Shown one piece after another: positions 21,501-31,421 of a stretch of 64,000 nucleotides of DNA. The DNA lies in NCBI GenBank assembly GCA_030704615.1, contig CM060732.1, positions 75,764,001 through 75,828,000 on the forward strand, written 5' to 3'. Origin of the DNA: Takakia lepidozioides. Lineage: Eukaryota > Plantae > Bryophyta. Position numbers and translations under genes: made by a program. The notes beneath the pieces were generated by a model. It made no database searches. It had not been told where the DNA came from and saw only the letters and a program-made list of their open reading frames with translations. Position 1 is the first letter of the stretch; each line of letters opens with the position of its first letter.

Positions 21501-23986
21501 CAAATGAGGCAATTTTTGCTGTATTACACACGGTGTGTAGGCCAACTGGATGACTAGGAGGATGGGTGCTGATACTGCAGGTATCATTTGAAGAAAAGGA
21601 GAAGGAGCTGTTTGAAACGGTAAGTGTATTTACCTGGCAAAATGTCCAGTTTCTCTTTTGGACTATGCCATCTTTGTGGGAATGTTGGAGTCATTGAAAG
21701 GCTTTGAGAGAGGATGTCAAAAAACCCAAGTTGAATGGGGTTTGTGCACCATCAAACCACTCATAGCGGTAGATGATATCAACAGTGTGGACCGCTGAAC
21801 TCGTCACTGCCTCTGATATCTACTGTAGTTCTGGCTGGTAGGTGGATGCTTTCATTTTCAACCAATTCATGCATTGCAAGTATGGCTGGAACCTCTGCTG
21901 GACATACAATTTATTGATAGATTTAGTAACAGCACTTGATAACCAAACATATGATTTTTTTATTGTTTGAATGGACATGGACTCCAAGCAGGTGAGTGTG
22001 CCAGCATGGTTCACCATGGACACCAGATTGGGGAGCATATCTGTGCATCTGGATACCCCCGCATGTTTCTCTGCTGAGATGTACGCAATCGATTTGCATG
22101 TGCCTGGTGCATCTGAGGAGCTCAAGGTATGTCGGGGGCAATGTGTATGTATATGCTGATGAAAAGATTGAAGTAGCTAGAAGCTGCTGGTTGATGCAGA
22201 ATGTCTTACTAAAACAATGAGAGATGGGGGCCACTCACATATTCACAGTGAAGAAAGATAACTGAAATGCATGAGGTTTTGTGCGAACCCTGCAGTTAAA
22301 TCTTGGGCAGGAGACATTGCGTGGTCTGTTGGCACATTGGTTGGCCCGACGGAAGCATAGGACAGTTGGCACACCCACTGCCAATGGGGATGCAGGGATG
22401 GGTCCTCAGCCTGCTGTTGGAGAGCACAGCTCTGACCGTCGGGCCTCTGCCGACGACTCTCATGATGACGCTAGCAATCACCACTCTGGCGTCCTGCCTG
22501 CTTTTGAGTTTTCCACTACATCGCCACCTTCCATCATCACTGAAGGTTCTCAGGTACAATGCAGTTCATGGGTTGGCACCAAGGAAACATTTGGGAGTAG
22601 GGAGATTGGCTGGCAATTCCTGCATTCTGTGATTTGGCTACTGAGGCATCACTGTGTTCGTTCCCAATATTTGAAAGCTGTTTGCTCGCAGGGAGGGCCT
22701 TGGCGGAAGAAGGCCACAGAGTTGGAAGGAAGTGAGGATGAAAAGGAGCTCCCATGGTGGTGTATTGAGTGTGTACTTCATAGCCGTCTGCCTCAACGCG
22801 AAAATACTAAGTACTTTCCCTTCATCTGAAATGCTTGGATAAATACCTTCATAAAGTCGTCTCTAAGACTTCCCTCTGTCATGTTTTCTGAGGTAATATT
22901 GTCAGTATGACAGCCAAACTGTGGTTTATGATGGTATTGTCGCTCAGCAGGTTTTACTTCAGATTGCTGTGAGTTCGTGCTGGTCCAGGGCCAGGCCTCA
23001 CATCGGTGAAATGTTGTAGGGATCTCTTTCAAACAGCTTGGGATATTGCATCATAAGTAAAGGATTTCCATGTTTTTGATGATTGGTGCACACAGATGTA
23101 GCTTCTATTTACAACCATATGAAGGAACATCCCTTCAGGTTCTCACACAGGGGAAGTTAAGTGCCCCCCGAATCCTCCGAATGCACAAGGTATGACATTT
23201 CTGTTCTCTCTTGCTCTTGCTCATGGATTCTATTTTGTAGTCTTGTCTAAGGGCTGAAAATGCCTTTGGTGAGTGGATAAAGTCTTACCCAATAGGTTCT
23301 TATAGTACGCTTCTCTGGATGGATACACAATGTTTGATTAAAATAGAGTGGTCTCAATCTGTAAATGTTGATGGGTCACCTGCTCACAGGATCCCCGCTG
23401 CTCATTTCACGGATATGGGAGAACTTTGTCGCTCGTACTTTGACTCCTGTTTTGAGCAATACTGTGCTGTCTGGATGCAGGTGGTAAATTATGTGCTGGA
23501 GAAGTTGGTTCTTGACAGACCGCTGGAGGATAGTACATCTGATGGGACATCTACATCAGGACAATCAGGCAGTCAGCAAGCAGCTGGCAATGGTTACAGT
23601 GCTTTTAGGCCTGGCTCTAGGGTCTGGCAACAGCCAGTCAAACCAGTGGTTGAGATTTTGTGCAATCAGCAGGTACGTAAACAGTACCTTTCTTCTTTGT
23701 TCAGGATTGATGTCAGTCCCTTCCATGCAGAATGAGGTTCATGTAACCGCAAAATGGGTTTTGTCGTCCTTTCTTCCCCTGATAAGTGAATTGGCCCGCA
23801 ATCTTTGGGTAGTAATACTTTTCAAAAGGCCTGCTGGCTGAAGACTTATGGTCGCCTGAAGCAATGATTGTGTCTTCAATTGGGCAGGTATTACCTCCAG
23901 ATATGAGTTTGGCAACGGTGCGGGCATACGTTTGGAAGAAGCCAGACGATCTCTACCTTTACTATCGCATCGGCTCCAACAAATGA
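15585..23986 (+). CDS. WDR48: WD40-repeat protein WDR48/UAF1 (LATERAL ROOT STIMULATOR 1-like), 18 exons; first exon 15585-15683, last exon 23888-23986
   Basis: N-terminus [26 protein letters not shown]...KHCSGINC; WD repeats ([50 protein letters not shown]); C-terminal [14 protein letters not shown] and [16 protein letters not shown]. All junctions read as GT-AG and keep frame. Confidence 0.93.
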
Positions 23987-24568
23987 TAAGCAACAACAGG
24001 CTGGTTTTCAAATCAATGTTGGTATTGTTGCCATGCCAGGCCCCTTCATCTTGCAGGTGGAAGGCTTGTAGGGATGATTATTTTTCTTCTCTCTCAAGAA
24101 TGGCAGCATGTCAAACGATTTAGTTTGCGGAAGCCTAGAGAGACTCTAGGAAAACAGCAACATGGGTGTTCAAGGTCAATTTTGAGGAAAGATGATTATG
24201 ATGAAAACAGATGTAGTGCAGCTGATATGATCTCCTCTGGTATCCGATGGTGTTGGGATGCTCCTCTCACTTGCTTGTGGAGGAGGTCGAGCTCAATGCT
24301 CAACATAGTTATACGTTTTTTAGTTTGTCACAATACAAAAAGAGGAGTGTGATGGCATCTTAGCTAACCTGCTACAATGCATGTTAATTTGGTTAGCTGG
24401 AACACTTTGGAGAGATGGTTGTGTAACTGTAATCACACTCCTGAGTAAAATCATAGCCATCTTGATGACTACTTTGTTTTTGTATTCTTTTCACAATTGA
24501 GGTATTGCAACTACTACCCACCTTAAGACGGATCAATGAATCACTACTTAGATGCAGATACAAGGTAG

Positions 24569-24664
24569 TCTCTTTGATTTTACTCAGCCCTTCTGGTGGG
24601 CTGGCCACAAGGCCTACCTTCAGATACAAGGTAGTCCTTTAGGGGTTAAGTAAAATCAAAGAGA
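24569..24664. repeat. 96-nt inverted-repeat hairpin between the convergent WDR48 and SAUR genes
   Basis: tctctttgattttactcagccct (24569-24591) pairs with aggggttaagtaaaatcaaagaga (24641-24664); 16-bp direct repeat cagatacaaggtagtc at 24555 and 24621. Confidence 0.7.
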
Positions 24665-25603
24665 TGACAGGTTTGCTTGAGATTATGTCATGACCCAGTT
24701 GTCTGGTTATGCATCTAAACATGTATGCATTAGAAAAAAATTACTCTTATAAAGGGTCATTTAGTAAAGCAGGGAGTAAAAATTACCACAGCACACCGAT
24801 CAACCAAGCAAACTCTCCACAAAGCTAGCACAGAATCTGAGAATTTACTTGAGAAAGTCAATCTTTGGTAGTAGAAAAGAGATAACAGATAAAGAGGGTT
24901 AACAGATGTGGAGGGAACATCTATGGATGGTAGACTCTAGCTACTGTATAAGAGCAATCCTTGGACCCGGAGCCTTCTCTCCAAAGACGAGCTTCGTTGT
25001 CCTTTGGAAGATGATACCACGGAAGAAACCATAACCATGACCTGGGGGTTTGGATGATCCTATGGACTCGCAGAGCAAAGCTCTGATCTTCCACATGGGT
25101 TCGGAAAGTGATTGGAGGTTGCCACTTGAAGGATCCCTGCTGAATCCTATTGGGTTACTCTTGGTTGGAGATGACCACATGTGCTAACGAATACTAACCA
25201 TAGCTGATGGACATGTAATCAATCAAGTGCTAGAAATTGTAGAAAAGAAATTTGCTGTTATTTTCCTTTGGCTGCAATGCAGAGTACACATACCAAATTT
25301 GGTCATTTGACTCTTGAAATCGATAGTCAAGTAGATTGTAATGTCCCTTTTTTCTCATCCTAAAGTAGCAGGAGACAGTAGCCTGCACCTAGACTGAAGC
25401 CTCCGAGAACTATCAAAAAACTAACTCGAAATTTGCCAGAAGCTGTCATTCACAAAGTCTTTGGCAGTGCGATTGTCTACAATTTCAAACAATTGCTGCT
25501 CCAGTTGGTACAATGCTAGTGTGTTCTTAAGTGCCGCAATCTTCTTGTAGTGCTCCACCGTATTTAATCGCTCGAGTCTGTATTAGTTGGCGAGTCTGGG
25601 ACC

Positions 25604-26095
25604 TCACACTCCGGCCAACGTTAAGTACGGCTCTCTGCATGTACGAGATTCTAATTTGCTTTGCAAGAATTGTTCAAAGAGATCGGGGTCGCAAGAGATG
25701 CGCACACCGGGCCCCTTCTCGTATCCGTATTCTTCCTCGGTCTTGGCAAGCAACTCACCAATTAATTTATGCCTGAGGAGACCAATTGGGATCACGAATC
25801 GGCGCCTCTCTTTGCCCACGTAGACCGCCACGCAGCCCTTTGGCAACCCCGGTGGGTGAGAAACATGAGATTTTGTCACAGATTTAATGAGAGAGCTGAT
25901 CCCCGGTGGGTGTGAAACAGAGGTGAAGCAGCCCCTTGGTACCCCTGGTGGGTGGGAGACATGAGATTTTGTCACAAATTTGATCAGGCTTCGCTGTTTC
26001 ATAGAGTTGACCCCCGGTGGGTCTGAAACAGTGGTGAAACAGCCCGAGAACAGCCCCTTGGCACCCCCCGTGGGTGTGAGAAACAGGATGCCCAT
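25604..26095 (-). CDS. SAUR: SAUR (small auxin-up RNA) family protein, intronless, with an internally repeated N-terminal extension
   Basis: LPKGCVAVYVGKERRRFVIPIGLLRHKLIGELLAKTEEEYGY...GVRISCD matches the SAUR domain. The start codon is uncertain (ATG at 26095 or a downstream Met). Confidence 0.85.
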   Translation of the reverse strand: MGILFLTPTGGAKGLFSGCFTTVSDPPGVNSMKQRSLIKFVTKSHVSHPPGVPRGCFTSVSHPPGISSLIKSVTKSHVSHPPGLPKGCVAVYVGKERRRFVIPIGLLRHKLIGELLAKTEEEYGYEKGPGVRISCDPDLFEQFLQSKLESRTCREPYLTLAGV

Positions 26096-26109
26096 AGTGT
26101 GCAGCAACT

Positions 26110-26405
26110 GGTGAAAATCTGACAGTCTCGAGTACGCAAGTGAAGATCAGACAGTCTATAAGAGTACGCAAGTGAAGATCAGACAGTCTATAGGAGTACG
26201 AAAGTGAAGATCAGACAGTCTATAAGACGCAAGTGAAGATCAGACAGGCTATAAGAGTACGCAAGGGAAGATCAGACAGCTTATAAGAGTAAGAAAGTGA
26301 ACATCAGAGAATCTATGAGAGTACGCAAGTGAAGATCAGACAGTCTAGCAAGTGGATCAGAGTCTGTAAGAGTACGCAAGTAACACTTGAAGAACGCAAG
26401 TGAAG
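26110..26405. repeat. Minisatellite, ~8-9 copies of a 32-bp unit GAGTACGCAAGTGAAGATCAGACAGTCTATAA, directly upstream of the SAUR
   Basis: Units start at ~26130, 26162, 26194, 26226, 26255, 26287, 26319, with partial copies at both ends; a TATA-like CTATATAAG lies on the minus strand at ~26410-26418. Confidence 0.9.
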
Positions 26406-27077
26406 CGCGCTTATATAGTCCGACGCTAAAAGTTTACCTGTTCTACTTTTGTCCTTCTTTTTATAGCGTTACTTTTTCAGCAGAAATATACTTTTATTAC
26501 TTTTCTACGTTTGGAAAGGGGGGTTACGGATTGGAATCTGAGAGATCCTGCTCAGATCCAGAGCCATTTGAATTAGGGCGGATATCACTTTGTTTGACCA
26601 CTGGATTTCCTATGCTTGGAGATGACCCATATGCTAACGCAATGCTTACTCTCTTACTCTAGATCTCTGTCCTTTATAAAGCTATGCAGGTTTGCATATA
26701 TATATCTTACTATAGACCTCTGTCTGGAGTATGACCATTTTGGCATACTCGAGGGCCTGTTTGGTGATGTATATTATCTCCCGGTGTGTGCTTATGTGTT
26801 CACTTTGAGGTCGTCTCCGCAAAGGGGTGATTGCACATAGTTAGCTAAGCAGTTTACAGAGTCTGCACTGCCATTTCCCCGGGTTCGCTCTACGACGACT
26901 TTCAATTCCTCTCCGAAGACACAGATTCTGAAGTAGATGATTTGCTATCATCTGGGTCTGGAGAATGGTTTACAAGCTACCTTTGGGTTGCTCGCATGAC
27001 TTGAGCTTGTCGCCTCAAGGACCCAGCTCAAGGGATTGCAATGCTCAGAGGCTCTTCACGACTGGCATGAGAACAAG

Positions 27078-29549
27078 ATGAACTGTATCTTCGCTCTCCA
27101 CACAGAAGGTACAGTGACTCCAGGGAACTTGAATGTATCATTTAGGGCTGTGGGTTTTCAAGACTGGAAACACAGCCAGTTTTTTGGTGGGCGTCCGTGT
27201 CGGAGCACCTATATTGTTTGTGGCACGGCCTCCATCACCACTCTTTCTCATGTAGGACAGAGACAATGGCGAAAGGGGGAGGGAAGCAACGAGGACACCT
27301 GGGAAACTTGTGCGGATGTCAGCACAGTGTGCAAGGAGCTACGGTTGAAGGAGGCAGAGCACGTTTTGGACCTGATGGAGCAACGAGGCTTTGGAACGTA
27401 TTCCGAGACCTGTGCTCATCTCTTGCAGGGATTCGCCAAGAGGAAAGCCCTTGCAGATGGCAAGATGGTTCATGCGCACATTATTAAAAGTGGATTTGAG
27501 ACAGATCTCTTCCTCGAAAACACCCTTGTTAGCATGTATGTCAAGTGCGGCAGTGTTGTGGAGGCGCGCGAAGTGTTCCACAAAATGCCTGAGCGGGATG
27601 TGGTTTCGTGGAATGCGATGATTGCAGGATGCGCTCAGCAAGGCCGTGGTGAAGAAGCATTTAAATTATTCCAGGAAATGAATGGGCAAGGCGTGAGACC
27701 GAACAAGATCACCTTCATGAATATTCTCAAAGCATGTGGCAGCCCAGTTGTTCTAGAACAGGGCAAGCGTGTTCATGCGAGCATTGTCAAATGTGGATTT
27801 GAGTCAGATGTACGAGTGGGAACTGCCCTTGTCAGCATGTATTGCAAGTGCGGTAGTTTGGTGGATGCGAGCGGAGTGTTCGACAATTTGCCCCACCGTG
27901 ATGTAATCTCCTGGAATGCGATGATTGGGGGATTTGCCCAGCACCGGCATGGTGAGAAAGCTTTCAAACTCTTTCAGCAAATGCAAGGAGAAGGCGTGAG
28001 GCCAAATAAGATTACCTTCATGAGCATCCTCAACGCATGTTCCAGCCCAGAGACTCTACAACAGGGCGAGTGGCTCCATGCATGCATTACGAAAGCGGGA
28101 TTTGGGTCAGACATTCGAGTTGGAAACGCCCTCGTTAGTATGTATTCCAAATGTGGGAGTCTGGTGGATGCACGCCTAGCGTTTGACAATCTGCCTAAAC
28201 GAGATGTCATCTCATGGACTGCGATGATTGCAGCGTCTGCTCAGCATGGCTATAGTGAGGAGGCCTTCGACCTGTATCGGCAAATGGAAAAAGAAGGCTT
28301 GAAGCCAGACAAGGTCACCTTCATGAGCATGCTCAAAGCATGTGCCAGTCTGGGCACTCTGGAACAGGGCAAGTGGCTGCATGTGGGAATCATCAAAGCT
28401 GGATTTGAGGCAGATGTCCGAGTAGGGAATGCCCTTGTGAGCATGTATTGCAAGTGCGGGAGTGTCGCGGATGCACGTCAAGTGTTCTTCAAAATGCCTG
28501 AACGAAATGTCGTCACATGGAATGGGATAATTGCAGGACTTGCTCAAGAAGAGCATGGAGCAGTGGCATTTGAGCTGTTTCAGCAAATGCACAAAGAAGG
28601 CATGAAGCCTGATAAGATTACTTTCATGAGCATCCTGAATGCATGTGCGATCCCAGCTGCTCTGGAACAGGGCAAGTGTGTTCATGCATGCATCATCGAA
28701 GCTGGTTTTGAGTCAGATGTCCATGTTGGGACTGCCCTTGTGAGCATGTACTGCAACTGCGAGTGTGTGGTGGATGCATGGAGAGTGTTCTTCGGTATGC
28801 CTGAGCGAAATGTGGTCTCATGGACTGCTATGATTACAGGATTTGCCCAGCATGGTCATGGTGAGGAGGCTCTTGAACTTTTTCGGCAAATGCAACAAGA
28901 AGGCCTAAAGCCAAACAAGGGCACTTTGGCCAGCGTCCTAAACGCATGCGCCAGCCTAGCTGCCCTGGAAGAGGGTAAGAAGGTCCATGCCAACATCATT
29001 GCATCTGGATTTGAGTCAGATGTGTGTTTAGGGAGTGCCCTTGTTGATATGTATACCAAGTGCGGGAGTGTGGGTAAAGCCCGGGAAGTGTTTGACAAAC
29101 TTCTGGACCAGGACGTGGTCTCATGGACTGGGATGATTACTGGATACGCCCAGCATGGGCATGCTAAGGAGGCCCTCCAACTCTTTGAACAGATGCAAGG
29201 GGGAGGGGTGAAACCAAATGAGGTCACATTCATTGGTGTGCTCTCTGCATGCAGCCATATGGGCCTCGTTGAAGAAGGTCACCACTACTTTCTTGCCATG
29301 ATTAACAACCACAGCATTACACCAACAGAAAAGCATTATGCTTGTATGGTCGACCTTCTTGGCCGTGCAGGGCGCTTGGAGGAGGCAGAAAATTTCATCA
29401 TCAACATGACATGCAAACCAGATGCTACAGTGTGGGGTGCCTTGCTTGGTGCCTGCAAAATCCATGGCAATGTGGAGCTAGCAGAACACGCTGCAGAGAA
29501 TATCCTCAAGTTGGAATCACGAGATGCTGGAGTGTTAATGCTACTTTAA
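27078..29549 (+). CDS. PLS-class PPR protein (20 motifs: LS(PLS)5-P2L2S2, plus E1), truncated by a stop codon in E2
   Basis: Regular P/L/S triplets (VVSWNAMI..., KITFMSILNAC..., GNALVSMYCKCGS...), HYACMVDLLGRAG, VWGALLGAC. First in-frame ATG is at 27078; an in-frame intron at ~27109-27255 cannot be excluded. Confidence 0.92.
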   Translation: MNCIFALHTEGTVTPGNLNVSFRAVGFQDWKHSQFFGGRPCRSTYIVCGTASITTLSHVGQRQWRKGEGSNEDTWETCADVSTVCKELRLKEAEHVLDLMEQRGFGTYSETCAHLLQGFAKRKALADGKMVHAHIIKSGFETDLFLENTLVSMYVKCGSVVEAREVFHKMPERDVVSWNAMIAGCAQQGRGEEAFKLFQEMNGQGVRPNKITFMNILKACGSPVVLEQGKRVHASIVKCGFESDVRVGTALVSMYCKCGSLVDASGVFDNLPHRDVISWNAMIGGFAQHRHGEKAFKLFQQMQGEGVRPNKITFMSILNACSSPETLQQGEWLHACITKAGFGSDIRVGNALVSMYSKCGSLVDARLAFDNLPKRDVISWTAMIAASAQHGYSEEAFDLYRQMEKEGLKPDKVTFMSMLKACASLGTLEQGKWLHVGIIKAGFEADVRVGNALVSMYCKCGSVADARQVFFKMPERNVVTWNGIIAGLAQEEHGAVAFELFQQMHKEGMKPDKITFMSILNACAIPAALEQGKCVHACIIEAGFESDVHVGTALVSMYCNCECVVDAWRVFFGMPERNVVSWTAMITGFAQHGHGEEALELFRQMQQEGLKPNKGTLASVLNACASLAALEEGKKVHANIIASGFESDVCLGSALVDMYTKCGSVGKAREVFDKLLDQDVVSWTGMITGYAQHGHAKEALQLFEQMQGGGVKPNEVTFIGVLSACSHMGLVEEGHHYFLAMINNHSITPTEKHYACMVDLLGRAGRLEEAENFIINMTCKPDATVWGALLGACKIHGNVELAEHAAENILKLESRDAGVLMLL

Positions 29550-29974
29550 AACATCCATGCTACAGCTGCCAGGTGGGATGCTCTAGCACATGTGAGAAAA
29601 CGCATGGAGGACAGAAGTGTTGGGAAGGAATCAGGGGGTAGCTGGATCGAGGTCAAGAAAAGGTTCAGTACATTCACAGCAGAAAAGAGTGACACCCACG
29701 AGTAATGGACATCTTTGCAGATTTTTGCATGATGTGGATCAGCATATGAAGCAACAGCCTCTGCAATGACAGTCAAAGGCTTTTCATCATGTCATGCTGA
29801 TGAGCACACTCCTGGGAACTCCTATCTGCCTAATCAAGAACCTTAGGGCACGTGACGATTGTCAACCACCACCAAGTTCAACCCCAAGATTGTTCACCAA
29901 GAAAATGCCACAACAGAAGCTAATTGCTTTCATCGCTTCAAGGGCTGGGTGTTTCATGTGGACATTATTGGTGA
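29550..29974 (+). pseudogene. Decayed E2/E+/DYW deaminase coding relic of the PPR gene
   Basis: After TAA (where TCA of 'LSNIY' is expected) the frame continues NIHATAARWD...KESGGSWIEV, then frameshifted pieces LCNDSQRL / GTPICLIKNLRARDDC / TTKFNPKIV...ANCFHRFK / SCGHYW*. Confidence 0.85.
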
Positions 29975-31421
29975 TGACAAGTAAAACAAGTATATTTCTG
30001 AAATATAGGGACCTATGGTTAACTTGGTGCAAGTTGGCTTGGCCTCTCTAGTCTCCAGGTATCTTTCTATCTCATACACAGATCACCTATGTGATCCCCA
30101 TGCATGATATGCAATTGCCCATGTTGCTCAAATATCCTGACTGATGACTTGAAGCATCAGCTCACATGTGCGAGTGTCTTTGTCTGATTGTCGTGCAGAA
30201 CGTCGCAAGTGGTTCAGATGAGCATCCAAGTACTTCGGAGGTGTGCATTACCATACTCTTATACAGGGTGGATATTCATATAGGATGTTGAATTGTATGC
30301 CCAGCCGATATCCATTTAGGCAAAGACAGGTATCCAGGGAAAAAGTCAACTCTCAGGGATGTGGAGCATATGATGTATCATCTTCATTTTGTAAGAAATG
30401 GGGACGTGTGTATATGGTGCAGGCTGTGATAAAGGTATGTGCAAGATGCTTCTGCAGTGCCTTGTAAAGTATTTTGTCAGGATTGGGTAATGAGTACATT
30501 TTACTCTTGCAAGGTTATATGAGGTGAGTGTATTATACGAGTAAGACACTTCTTGGTAATAGATGTCCCTCGGGTGTAAGACCTCGATATAGTTCCTCCC
30601 CATGGGTACTCCACCACAGGGACCCATGAAGGTTCTCATTTGGGTTTCCCAGTACACACCTGTGTGTGAATTGGTACGAGGGTGATCAAAGGCTCAAGAT
30701 GCCATACTAATATGGTACCAGCTTGGTTCTTGAGGTGATCTTGTGTTATTGGTTGGTTGCATCTGTGGATCTAAGATCAGTGCTCTCAGCAACATCTGCA
30801 GTAAAGAATTCTACATGGGCAGGTTACAGGAGACAATTCCATTGAGTCCAAAATAACGGACAAGGACCAGCAGCCTACAAGCCATTGCATCTACAAGAGA
30901 TCAAATGTGAGATGGACTTCCTGTGTACTAGGAAGTTCTACAGTGCAGAGATGCTCAAATCCAAAAGCAGAGCCTATACAAGGAAGTAGCAAAGAAAATA
31001 TCCACTTTCAGAATCAACACAACAGGAAGTGCCTCTAAGACTAAAGGATATGAGACCATTGAAAAGGCCATTGAAAAGACCTTTGACATTCACTAGCCGG
31101 AAGAATGCAATTCAGCATTAAAAAAGTATACAAGATCAAGTGTTGCCCGTTTCAATCCTTCCTCACCTGCACTGCTCATCATGAAAATTTCAGGGATTCA
31201 ACCTTCCCAGATATAACCACACTGATGCTTACTTCACGGATGCATTACTTCACGGATGCATGTGATCTGTTGAGAATCCTCAATACGTCTTCAAAGAGGG
31301 GCCCAGTTTACTCTTCTGGCTTCCATGCATTCCCTCTTCTGTGCGATCTGGTGTTTCCAGACTGCCGCAACCTTGCAAGATTAGGAACCCATCACAGAGA
31401 TGCAGGGGTAGAGAATAGGCG

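Noticed and set aside
186-23986. UBP22 plus WDR48 as a functional deubiquitinase gene cluster
   Set aside because: WDR48/UAF1 activates USP1/12/46-type enzymes, not the SAGA USP22 type, and an unrelated gene lies between them; proximity is probably chance.
26110-26405. 32-bp repeats resembling a CRISPR array
   Set aside because: Units are contiguous with no unique spacers, there are no cas genes, and the context is eukaryotic; this is a minisatellite.
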